Source of the DNA: a virus
Strand: one strand, 5' to 3'
DNA length: 64,000 nt
IMG/VR virus record: IMGVR_UViG_3300035190_000190
Coordinates: 1 to 64,000 of that record
Shown: piece after piece, positions 9,869 to 19,033 of the stretch
Layout: the number at the start of each line of letters is the position of its first letter
How positions within the stretch are numbered: position 1 is the stretch's first letter
Translations under genes and position numbers: made by a program
Notes under the pieces: generated by a model
What the model saw: only the letters and a program-made list of their open reading frames with translations
What the model was told of the DNA's origin: nothing
Databases searched by the model: none

Positions 9869-10749
9869 AAAGTTTAATCGTAGGTATGGGTATTGGTAAC
9901 TTATATAATGAAGTATTGACTAACTTAGGTCATGAGATTGTAACAGTTGACTTAGATCCAAGTAAAGCAATGTACACAAATGTGGAAGATGCTGTTGCGG
10001 CACATGAATATTTTGATACTGTACATATTTGTACTCCAAACTTTACACATGAACCTATTGCCAGAGCTGTCGCGCCATATGCCAAGATTGTGTTTGTAGA
10101 AAAACCAGGATTTAAAACTTGGTTAGAATGGAAGTCTATTTGCGAAGCATTTCCATACACACGCTTTATGATGGTTAAGAATAATCAATGGCGCGAGAAC
10201 ATTCGAGAGTTACGTAGACTTGCTAGTAATTCTGTTACTATTAACTTATTTTGGATTAACAAGAATCGCGTGCCCGGACCAGGCACATGGTTTACCACTA
10301 AAGAACTAGCCTACGGTGGAGTTAGTCGTGATTTAATGACACACTTACTAAGTTTGTTTCAAGCACTTAACTATTCATACAAGTCCACTCCACTTATTAG
10401 CGCCAGCGCAGAACAACGTTATAGCTTAGAAGATGTCAGTGACACTGAATACGGTGCTGTTAAAGCAGATGGCATCTACGATGTAGACGATGTATGTAAG
10501 TTTATATTTCAAGGTCCGCAACGTACATGGAATTTAATTGCTGACTGGCGCAGTACTAGTATCGAAGAACGTGCTATTACGTTTGAAATGGTAGATGGTT
10601 CAACCGAACGCTTTGAACTAGGTCTGTGTCCAGCAGAAGCATACCAGGCAATGATTGCAGATGCAGTAGATAACCTAGGTAATGATAGCTTTTGGGCAAA
10701 ACAACTTGAACTAGATTTATGGATACATTCTGTAGTGGAAAAAGTTTGA
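9865..10749 (+). CDS. Gfo/Idh/MocA family NAD(P)-dependent oxidoreductase
   Basis: GMGIG Rossmann loop, 'ICTPNFTH', 'VEKP', 'GGVSRDLMTH'. Confidence 0.88.
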   Translation: MKSLIVGMGIGNLYNEVLTNLGHEIVTVDLDPSKAMYTNVEDAVAAHEYFDTVHICTPNFTHEPIARAVAPYAKIVFVEKPGFKTWLEWKSICEAFPYTRFMMVKNNQWRENIRELRRLASNSVTINLFWINKNRVPGPGTWFTTKELAYGGVSRDLMTHLLSLFQALNYSYKSTPLISASAEQRYSLEDVSDTEYGAVKADGIYDVDDVCKFIFQGPQRTWNLIADWRSTSIEERAITFEMVDGSTERFELGLCPAEAYQAMIADAVDNLGNDSFWAKQLELDLWIHSVVEKV

Positions 10750-11933
10750 CATCAACAAATAATTTCCTATTAAGAAATACATTAGCAGGTGTCACTACTA
10801 GTTTGGCCATGGTGCCAGAGGTAGTGGCATTTGCTTTACTAGCACATGTTAATCCATTGGTTGGATTATATGCCGCATTTATACTAGGATTAGTGGCTGC
10901 AGTGTTTGGTGGAAGGCCAGGGCTTATAAGCGGTGGTGCAGGTAGTCTAGCAGTTGTTTCCGTTGCGCTAGTAGTTACACACGGAGTAGAATATCTATTT
11001 GCTAGTATTGTACTAATGGGTATAATACAATTGGCATTTGGTTACCTGCAGATGGGTAAACTAATTAAATTAGTTAGCTCGACTGTTATGACTGGTTTCG
11101 TTAATGGTCTTGCACTTGTTATTTTTCTAGCACAGTTTCATCAGCTTAAAACAAACGGAGTATGGCTACAAGGACCTCAATTATACACAACCGCAGGACT
11201 GATATTATTAACAGTTATAGCAGTAGTTGCGGCTCCAAAACTTATTAAACGTATGCCAGCTAGTTTATTTGGTATTGTTGTAGCTACTGCGGTAGCATTA
11301 ACTTTCAATCTAGATACACATTATGTTAAAGATATTGCAACTATATCTGGAGAATTTCCTAGTTTCCATATACCTAATGTACCATTTACATGGGCAACCT
11401 TAGCTATCATTGCTCCATATTCATTTATACTTGCGGCCATTGGTCTAATAGAAACCTTACTAACCGCACAACTAGTTGATGATTATGTACATCACCACAA
11501 ACCAATCGGCAGTACCCACCCAAACAAAGAAAGTATGGCACAAGGTGCAGGTAATCTGCTAACTGGATTATTTGGCGGTATGGGTGGATGTGCAATGATT
11601 GGGCAAACTGTGATTAACTTAGAAGCTGGCGGCTTTAATAGATTAGCTGGCATAGTACAATCATTATGTATACTTGCTTATATTTTATTTGCCAGTGTCG
11701 TAATTGAGAATATACCAATGGCGGCACTAATTGGAGTAATGTTTGTTGTTTGTTATCATACTTTCAATTGGAAGAGCCTAACATTAACACAGCCAAAAGA
11801 AGATATGATATTGATATTGACAGTGACTATATTAACTGTTATACTTAACTTAGCGTATGCAGTTTTAATCGGAATTGTACTAACCAGCATGTTACATTAT
11901 TGGAAACATGTTAATAAAAAGGAAGTTGCGTGA
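10746..11933 (+). CDS. SulP/SLC26 family anion (sulfate/bicarbonate) permease, no STAS domain
   Basis: 'LAMVPEVVAFA', 'GLYAAF', 'GGRPGLISG', 'NKESMAQGAGN', 'GGMGGCAMIGQT'. TTG start at 10746 overlaps the upstream TGA. Confidence 0.92.
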   Translation: MTSTNNFLLRNTLAGVTTSLAMVPEVVAFALLAHVNPLVGLYAAFILGLVAAVFGGRPGLISGGAGSLAVVSVALVVTHGVEYLFASIVLMGIIQLAFGYLQMGKLIKLVSSTVMTGFVNGLALVIFLAQFHQLKTNGVWLQGPQLYTTAGLILLTVIAVVAAPKLIKRMPASLFGIVVATAVALTFNLDTHYVKDIATISGEFPSFHIPNVPFTWATLAIIAPYSFILAAIGLIETLLTAQLVDDYVHHHKPIGSTHPNKESMAQGAGNLLTGLFGGMGGCAMIGQTVINLEAGGFNRLAGIVQSLCILAYILFASVVIENIPMAALIGVMFVVCYHTFNWKSLTLTQPKEDMILILTVTILTVILNLAYAVLIGIVLTSMLHYWKHVNKKEVA

Positions 11934-12826
11934 GAGTAAAATTATTATGTACAGATGGCGAAGGCACATTTAGTGAAATTGCCTGGGATAAGCCAGAAAT
12001 TACAGCAGATGATATCGAAGTACGTGCTGTACTAACAGGTGTTTGTCGTAGTGATATCGATATGATGCAGGGCGAGTTCGGGCCACTGCCAATTAGTATG
12101 CACGGACACGAAGGGTTAGGTCACGTTACTAATGTTGGTGCTAATATTACTGATGTGAAAGTTGGCGATTATGTTGCTACACGTGGCGAACCTGCGTATG
12201 CTGATATGTATAACGTTAGAGCACGAGAATATGTTCAAGTACCAACCGCAGAACCTAAATACATATTAGAACCAGTTGCCTGTGGCATCAATGTAGTAAA
12301 TCAAAATTTACGTGATGTTGCTGAACGTGCCGGTGAAGGTCGACGCTTGTTGATATTAGGTAGTGGATTCCTTGCGTGGGTAGCGTATAATACATTGTTA
12401 ATCAATCATTTAGAATTTGACATTACAGTAATTGGTCGCAGTAATCAAGACTTGTGGCAGGGTAAATTATCTCAAGAAATTACTGGTGTTTATGATGTTA
12501 TTATTGATTTAACTGAGCGCACCGATTACTTACAAGGTGACTGTGTTGCAAATAATGGATTAATTATTATTGGTACAGACAAACATATTAATCAAACATT
12601 TGGACAATTGATTTGGAAAGCTGTTACTATTAGTTTTCCGAGCCCACGCACACCACGCTTTTATGAAGCAATGGTGTTAGCACGTGATTGGGTTGCTTCT
12701 GGTCAATTAACTGTTGACAAGTTCTGGACAAAGTCGTATAATAGAAAGACAGAGTGGCAATCTGCATTTGCAGATGGCGTTAATAGACCAGCAGGCTACA
12801 GTAGAGGATACATTAAGTGGGATTAA
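11930..12826 (+). CDS. zinc-dependent (MDR) alcohol dehydrogenase-like protein
   Basis: 'GVCRSD', 'GHEGLG', 'EPVAC', 'GSGFL'. Confidence 0.88.
   Translation: MRVKLLCTDGEGTFSEIAWDKPEITADDIEVRAVLTGVCRSDIDMMQGEFGPLPISMHGHEGLGHVTNVGANITDVKVGDYVATRGEPAYADMYNVRAREYVQVPTAEPKYILEPVACGINVVNQNLRDVAERAGEGRRLLILGSGFLAWVAYNTLLINHLEFDITVIGRSNQDLWQGKLSQEITGVYDVIIDLTERTDYLQGDCVANNGLIIIGTDKHINQTFGQLIWKAVTISFPSPRTPRFYEAMVLARDWVASGQLTVDKFWTKSYNRKTEWQSAFADGVNRPAGYSRGYIKWD
12714..12742 (+). promoter_or_regulatory. consensus sigma70 promoter inside the ADH gene
   Basis: TTGACA-N17-TATAAT exact. Confidence 0.75.
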
Positions 12827-13335
12827 ACACAGAAGAACGTCAGGAAGTAGTATATTTTACAGGTTATGAAGTAGAGCATACTATATGTTATGGTATGAAA
12901 ACTTTGTTTGTAGTGGGTACTCCGCCTGTAGAAGAAATACTTGAAAAAGCTCAAGCAAATGAATGTAGTCACATTTACTTTGGTACTAGTCAAAGTTTTA
13001 ATCCGCAAGCAATGACCTATGAAGAATATAAGCCTTGGGATGATGTTATTCTTGAATGTTTAAAGAATGACTACTGGGTTAGCTTAGACTTTGGTGTAGA
13101 ACACATCGAAGGTGTTATTGAAAGCGGATATTCCGAATACGCTAGATTTGTTCCTATGATTAGTGTTAAATTACCCTACATTAATCAACTTAACTACAAT
13201 GCTACACTTAAACTTGATGACATTACGTGGGGTAAAACTAATCCCGGCGTATGGACACATCATTTACAAACGCTAATGGGCAAAGATAAATTTACCTATT
13301 GGGATCAATATACTCAAGATACAGAGATCAAATAA
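12817..13335 (+). CDS. conserved hypothetical protein in the deazaguanine neighbourhood
   Basis: 172 aa with 'TLFVVG', 'HIYFG' and 'KLDD...TNPGVW'; translationally coupled to the QueD-like gene. Confidence 0.75.
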   Translation: MGLNTEERQEVVYFTGYEVEHTICYGMKTLFVVGTPPVEEILEKAQANECSHIYFGTSQSFNPQAMTYEEYKPWDDVILECLKNDYWVSLDFGVEHIEGVIESGYSEYARFVPMISVKLPYINQLNYNATLKLDDITWGKTNPGVWTHHLQTLMGKDKFTYWDQYTQDTEIK

Positions 13336-13739
13336 TGATACAAGAAGAACGTGAACAAATAGAACGTATTAAGTTTAATGGAATACGTACAACTTATATT
13401 AAAGTTAGAACTGAATTTGAAGGGTTTCATTACTACCCTAACGCAGGTACTATTGATTCGCGTATCAAATTTCTTGAGAATGAACATCGACATATATTCA
13501 AAGTTGAGGTGAAAATATCAGTTACGCACCTCGACCGTGAATTAGAATTTTTCTTAGTTAAATGGGCTTTACAAGAATTTATTAAAGCAGGCAATCAAAA
13601 TCACAAATCGTGTGAGATGATTGCTGTTAACATTTTAGAAAATCATTTAATACCATTGTATGGTAATAGATCTTATACTGTAGTAGTATCCGAGGATGGG
13701 GAATCAGATGGTATTATTGAATTTGTTCCACAGCTTTAA
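13335..13739 (+). CDS. QueD-like T-fold protein (candidate DpdL-like CDG decarboxylase)
   Basis: 'EGFH', 'LENEHRHIF' (LxxxHRHxF), 'SCEMIA', 'VSED'. Second QueD paralogue. ATG 13335 overlaps TAA. Confidence 0.7.
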   Translation: MIQEEREQIERIKFNGIRTTYIKVRTEFEGFHYYPNAGTIDSRIKFLENEHRHIFKVEVKISVTHLDRELEFFLVKWALQEFIKAGNQNHKSCEMIAVNILENHLIPLYGNRSYTVVVSEDGESDGIIEFVPQL

Positions 13740-14451
13740 TTAGTTCTTCTAAAGTTATTGAACAACTTATACGTTTAGATCTATTATCAAACTTAGGTAG
13801 TAATTCTAAATTAGCATAATGCCCTATAATTTCTGGAGAAATATTTTGTTTAAACCCTTCAGTAATGCTAAATTTATGATCTAATTCAAAGTTAGCACCT
13901 CGTTCTAAATTTTGAGGATTAATTTTATTTTGATAGTGTGTCCAACTCTTATAAGTATGATTAAGGACTTGTTCTCTATACAATTCCCACTCAGTTTTTA
14001 GTTCCTTGGAAATAGCAATACCATTTTTAATTTTTGTATATGTTGCTTCGATGTAGCAAGAAGGATTTCGTTTAATGGCCTTAGCTGATTGTTTTTGTTT
14101 AGTCTCATTACTATGAGTCTTATTATACATAGGATTATTTTCGCCGGAATGCCCGCCTCTAGTAGCAATTGCTTTCGAAATTTTATTACCCTTTGTAGCA
14201 AGCCAACTACGATCGTTATGTCGTTCTTTAAGAACAGCATTTCCCCTCTCGCTCATCAGTTTTATATGAGCACGTCGTTGTTCTGGAGTAATTTTACTAT
14301 CTCTAGATGCTTGTGCTTTTTTAATAAAACCAGGGCATTGAGTAATTTTCTCAACACATCTCATTTTTTTGGAATTATAACTTATGTAAAAGGCTTGACA
14401 TCCGCACAAATAACACGTATTATTAACATTAACATTAGTAAGTTTAGGCAT
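13714..14451 (-). mobile_element. free-standing HNH/NUMOD3 homing endonuclease
   Basis: NUMOD3 'GENNPMYNKTHSNETKQKQS', HNH-like 'LDHKFS...NLELL...NRSK', N-terminal CxxC-like. Only - strand gene in a + strand operon; GATAAATA upstream. Confidence 0.8.
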
Positions 14452-14511
14452 AGTTCTATCTCTCTATTGTTATTATTTATCTCAGCCGTCACTATTTAAG
14501 GAGAATTTTCC

Positions 14512-14742
14512 GTGGCAAATCCAGTTTGGCTTAAAAAGTATCTTACTATGAAGCCCGAAGTAAGACAAATCTACAACGATTTAGATGCATGGTGCAACTA
14601 CTGTCGTTTCCACATGATCAAGTATGATGAGGCTGATTTATATGTTAGCCCAGCTTACAAAGAATGGCAGGAAAAACGCAAACGTCGCGAACAATGGCGC
14701 CAACAACAAGGGCAAACGCAGGGTTATCAAGGACGTAGATAG
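14512..14742 (+). CDS. hypothetical phage protein
   Basis: AAGGAG SD and GTG start; 'IYNDLDAWCNYCRF...YDEADLY'. Confidence 0.7.
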   Translation: MANPVWLKKYLTMKPEVRQIYNDLDAWCNYCRFHMIKYDEADLYVSPAYKEWQEKRKRREQWRQQQGQTQGYQGRR

Positions 14743-14743
14743 C

Positions 14744-15337
14744 ATGACTGCTTACAGCAAGTCGAATATATCGATCATTGGTGAACAAGGCGATCTCGCT
14801 AAGGCATTATATAATAAGTTGATATTAGAACACCATGTAATCTGTTATGGAAAAAATCAGTATGATTTTCTCAATAAAGATAATATTTCTACGTTAGTTG
14901 ATAGTATCCATCAAAGTGATATTATAATTAGCTGTCCTGGAGTTTTTGCTTCTGCTGACAGCTGGGAGACGTTTACTATAAATGCTCTTGCGCCAATTTA
15001 TCTATTAGAAAAATTAGTAGAAAAACAATCCAAAGCTCATGTTATAATTGTGGGTAGTCATGGTGCTATGTGGACTAGTTGGCCAGGAATCTCAATGGGA
15101 AAATTGGCTTATAATGTCAGTAAAGAAACTATACAATCTTTTACTACAGGACTAAGCCAGTCTAATTTATCTGATCTGAAATTATCTGTGTTTAATCCTA
15201 GCGTATTCCAAAGTAAAATAAATGGATATCAAGGTCATCCTATCGATATTATCGTAGATGGTATTATACATGTTATACAAGCTCCCGCTCCACTATTAAT
15301 CTACGAATATAATAATTATCAAAATGCTAGTCGATAA
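14744..15337 (+). CDS. short-chain dehydrogenase/reductase-like protein
   Basis: Degenerate Rossmann 'IIGEQGDLA', 'TINALAP', 'IIVGS' and YxxxK (YNVSK). ATG 14744 preferred. Confidence 0.65.
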   Translation: MTAYSKSNISIIGEQGDLAKALYNKLILEHHVICYGKNQYDFLNKDNISTLVDSIHQSDIIISCPGVFASADSWETFTINALAPIYLLEKLVEKQSKAHVIIVGSHGAMWTSWPGISMGKLAYNVSKETIQSFTTGLSQSNLSDLKLSVFNPSVFQSKINGYQGHPIDIIVDGIIHVIQAPAPLLIYEYNNYQNASR

Positions 15338-16430
15338 AATATCTCAAATTGAATTAGAATTAACTACTAAATGCAATGCTCGTTGTCCGCAGTGTATACG
15401 TAATTATTATGGGTCATATACGTGGCCTAGTTTACCTATTGTTGATTTAGATATTAATACACTTAAACAATCTATTAATTCTGAAATTTGGGAAAACTTA
15501 GATCATCTGAGATTATGTGGCACTTACGGTGATCCATGTATGCATAAAGATCTTATTAAAATAGTAAAATGGATTAAAACCGTAAGCCCTGCAGCTATTA
15601 CTATCAACTCCAATGGTGGAATTAGAAACCCTAAGTGGTGGGGAGAACTTGCTGGTATACTAGATAGCGACAAAGACACAGTGGTTTTTGGATTAGACGG
15701 ATTAGCCGATACCAATCATCTCCATCGAATTGGCGTAAATTATAATAAAGTTATAGAAAATCTTAAAGCATTCAACCAAGCCGGGGGTAAATCAGTTTGG
15801 CAATTTTTGGTATTCGAACATAACGAACATCAAGTTGATATTGCTAGAGAATTTGCACTTAGTATCGGGTGCGCAGAATTTTCTTATAAATTAACCAGCA
15901 GATTTGTGGATAAAACCCATAAATTAATAGATAAAAGTCCTGTGATGAATAATCAAGGCGAACCTATTTATTTTTTAAAGCCTGCTAAAAATTCTAAATA
16001 TAAAAATCAAGGATATGATACCTTTGAAGAAACAACTAAACTATTTGATGGTTATGACAATTATTTAAAAACAACTACCATTGATTGTTTTGCAAAAAGA
16101 ATGCAATATATAGCTATCACTGCCGAAGGTTATGTTTTTCCTTGTGCTTGGCTGGCTGATAGACTATATGGATACGAAACAGAAAAACATAAAGATCACG
16201 AAACCATTTTAAAAATGATTGATAGTATAGGCGGTAAGGAAAAAATTAATTTAAAATATACAGATCTTAATAGTATTATTTCAGGGCCTTGGTTTGAGCT
16301 AGTAGAAAATAGTTGGAAAACCAATGAGTTAGAAAGATGTGCGCATATATGTGGCAGTAGAAGTGGGCTGATACAGGCCGCCAGCGAAGGCCAATTTAAA
16401 AGTTTAATTGATCCTAAGGTAAAAAAATGA
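15324..16430 (+). CDS. radical SAM protein with C-terminal SPASM/twitch-like Cys cluster
   Basis: CNARCPQC, 'GTYGDP', 'GYVFPC', 'CAHIC'. Confidence 0.9.
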   Translation: MLVDKISQIELELTTKCNARCPQCIRNYYGSYTWPSLPIVDLDINTLKQSINSEIWENLDHLRLCGTYGDPCMHKDLIKIVKWIKTVSPAAITINSNGGIRNPKWWGELAGILDSDKDTVVFGLDGLADTNHLHRIGVNYNKVIENLKAFNQAGGKSVWQFLVFEHNEHQVDIAREFALSIGCAEFSYKLTSRFVDKTHKLIDKSPVMNNQGEPIYFLKPAKNSKYKNQGYDTFEETTKLFDGYDNYLKTTTIDCFAKRMQYIAITAEGYVFPCAWLADRLYGYETEKHKDHETILKMIDSIGGKEKINLKYTDLNSIISGPWFELVENSWKTNELERCAHICGSRSGLIQAASEGQFKSLIDPKVKK

Positions 16431-17524
16431 CGATATTTTTAGTAGATCTAGAAGCAGTAGAAACTAGGTACACAGGGCAATGGAAGACTCATGTACCTAC
16501 GTTGCTCGAGGAACATGGGCACGAAGTTTATGTTGTTGCAGGACCTCATGATATTCCAGCGGCTACTACTCCCGGTGCTTTCCTTAACTTTGGCGGTACT
16601 AATATCTATAAAGCCAATCAAGTTGAACAAATAGCAAGACTATTCACAGAAGGTAGGATTGTCAAAGGGGATCATTTTATCTTTACTGATGCTTGGCACC
16701 CTGGCATCATTAATCTTAAGTATATGAGTGAGCTACTGGGTATTCCTGTAACTATACATGCTCTATGGCACGCTGGTAGCTATGACCCACAGGACTTTTT
16801 AGGTCGTCTTATTGGTGATGCCCCGTGGGTACGTCACGCAGAAAAGAGTTTCTTTCATGCTATCGACTATAACTACTTTGCCACTGACTTTCATATTGAG
16901 ATGTTCTTTACTAATCTATTAAATGATTATCCTACTGAAAATCCTTGGTTTGATGAAGACCTAGCAGAACTACGTGCAGGTACACTTACAGATAAGATTG
17001 TACGCAGTGGATGGCCTATGGAATATATGCCAGAAACTATTACACCTTATAAGACTGCTAAACGTGACTTAATCTTATTTCCGCATCGTATAGCACCAGA
17101 GAAGCAAGTTGAGATATTTAAAGAACTTGCGGCTGCACTACCACAGTATGAATGGATTGTATGTCAAGAGCAGAACTTGACAAAAGCAGGCTATCATACT
17201 TTACTAGGTGAAGCTAAGATGGTATTCAGTGCTAACCTACAGGAAACATTAGGTATTAGTATGTATGAAGGTGCCTTAACTGATGCTATTCCTATGGTTC
17301 CGGATAGATTGTCATACAGTGAAATGTATGCTGAGATTTGGAAGTATCCTAGTGAGTGGACTGAGTCATATAGCAGTTTCTTACATCATAAATCAGAACT
17401 ATGCAATAAGATTGTGGAGTTTATGACTGACTATGATGAATATGCTAAACTTGTTCCACAACAAGCACATAGTCTACATCATGATTTCTTTTCAGCAACT
17501 AAACTATTAGCTAATATCAAATAA
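16427..17524 (+). CDS. GT-B fold glycosyltransferase (GT4-like)
   Basis: 'FPHRIAPEKQ' and 'QETLGISMYEG' (E-x7-E motif). Confidence 0.8.
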   Translation: MTIFLVDLEAVETRYTGQWKTHVPTLLEEHGHEVYVVAGPHDIPAATTPGAFLNFGGTNIYKANQVEQIARLFTEGRIVKGDHFIFTDAWHPGIINLKYMSELLGIPVTIHALWHAGSYDPQDFLGRLIGDAPWVRHAEKSFFHAIDYNYFATDFHIEMFFTNLLNDYPTENPWFDEDLAELRAGTLTDKIVRSGWPMEYMPETITPYKTAKRDLILFPHRIAPEKQVEIFKELAAALPQYEWIVCQEQNLTKAGYHTLLGEAKMVFSANLQETLGISMYEGALTDAIPMVPDRLSYSEMYAEIWKYPSEWTESYSSFLHHKSELCNKIVEFMTDYDEYAKLVPQQAHSLHHDFFSATKLLANIK

Positions 17525-18111
17525 TGAATGCCTTTGATCCAATATACCAGTTTGAACAAGCATTAGGTGCGCTTACGGGTGCACCTTTTGTCGTTATGAC
17601 AGATTCGTGTACACATGCACTAGAACTGTGTCTACGTTACGACAAGGTAAAACGGTGTCGTTTTACGGCATTTACCTACCTTTCTGTGCCAATGACCATG
17701 CATAAATTAGACATTTCGTATGGTTTAGTGCCTGATAATGAATGGGTCGGAGAATATCCCATACTTGGTACACGGATATGGGATAGTGCGAGATTGCTAC
17801 GTACAGGTATGTATCGTAGTGGGCAAATGCAGTGCTTGAGCTTTGGTCACAGCAAGCCATTGGATATTGGTCGTGGTGGTGCTATCTTGCTAGACGATGA
17901 AGTTGCCTACAACAAACTTATACAGCAACGTGGCGACGGCAGAGACTTAAAGATAACACCATGGGAATCACAAAAGGTATTTGAAGTTGGCTATCATTAT
18001 CGTCCAACCATAGAAGAAGCAGTACAAGCATTAGAAAAATTACCGTTGGTTAATCAAGAATCTAAATACGTTGTGTATCCAGATCTTAGAGAGATAATTA
18101 TAAAGGATTAA
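17524..18111 (+). CDS. short DegT/DnrJ/EryC1/StrS-like PLP aminotransferase
   Basis: 'DSCTHAL', 'DSA', 'SFGHSKPL..GRGG'; only 195 aa. Confidence 0.75.
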   Translation: MNAFDPIYQFEQALGALTGAPFVVMTDSCTHALELCLRYDKVKRCRFTAFTYLSVPMTMHKLDISYGLVPDNEWVGEYPILGTRIWDSARLLRTGMYRSGQMQCLSFGHSKPLDIGRGGAILLDDEVAYNKLIQQRGDGRDLKITPWESQKVFEVGYHYRPTIEEAVQALEKLPLVNQESKYVVYPDLREIIIKD

Positions 18112-18112
18112 T

Positions 18113-19033
18113 ATGAAAGTTTTTATCACAGGAGCTAGTGGATTCATTGGCTCCCATTTTGTTAAAGTATTAGAAAATAACCATATGGTGCATTCGATGC
18201 AGTCGGACTTATTGGAATTTTCAAAAGTTAGACAAGAATTATTCGACTTTGACCCCGATGTGATTGTACACTTTGGTGCGAGAACCGAAGTCGAGCGTAG
18301 TTTTTACGAACAAGTTACTTTTAGTCAGGTTAATTATGTCGGTACTGTAAATTTAATCGAAAGTGCCGCTAAACTTAAAAATCTAAAAAATTTCGTATTC
18401 GCTAGTACAATGGAAGTGTACGGCTGGCAGCCAGTGAGTGATATAATTAAAGAGAAGGGATATCTCAAAGATATTCCGATATTTGACGAAAATACTATCC
18501 CAAATCCCAATGCTCCGTATGCTGTTGCCAAATATGCTTGCGAAAAATATTTAGAATATGCTCACAGAAGCTTAGGTCTTCCATTTTGTGCTATTAGACA
18601 AACCAATACATACGGTCGTAAGAAGAATGATTTTTTTGTTGTAGAACAGATTATTACACAAATGATGAAAAATCCTAATATTATTAACTTAGGATACGAT
18701 ACTCCATATAGAAATTTCTTATATATCGATGATTTACTAAATTTATGGTCTACTATCATTGAAAATCCAGATAAAGTAAGCAATGGTTATATTTTTACTA
18801 TAGGACCAAATAATCCCATTCAGATTAAAGAATTAGCAAATGTTATTGCTAAGAAATTAGATTGGCATGGCGAAATAAAGTGGAATTCAAAACCTGCTAG
18901 GCCTGGAGAAATTTATCTATTAAACAGTGGCCACGAATTGGTTACCAAAATAACTGGATGGAAGCCGACTGTAGATTTAAATAACGGGTTAGATAGAACC
19001 ATTGATCATTGGAAAATAGAGTTAAGCAAATAA
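18113..19033 (+). CDS. NAD-dependent nucleotide-sugar epimerase/dehydratase
   Basis: GASGFIG, 'STMEVYG', YAVAK, 'RNFLYIDD'. Confidence 0.92.
   Translation: MKVFITGASGFIGSHFVKVLENNHMVHSMQSDLLEFSKVRQELFDFDPDVIVHFGARTEVERSFYEQVTFSQVNYVGTVNLIESAAKLKNLKNFVFASTMEVYGWQPVSDIIKEKGYLKDIPIFDENTIPNPNAPYAVAKYACEKYLEYAHRSLGLPFCAIRQTNTYGRKKNDFFVVEQIITQMMKNPNIINLGYDTPYRNFLYIDDLLNLWSTIIENPDKVSNGYIFTIGPNNPIQIKELANVIAKKLDWHGEIKWNSKPARPGEIYLLNSGHELVTKITGWKPTVDLNNGLDRTIDHWKIELSK

Noticed and set aside
14089-14499. 136-aa plus-strand ORF that would keep strand continuity
   Set aside because: It overlaps the HNH/NUMOD3 gene, which has clear motifs; this frame has none.
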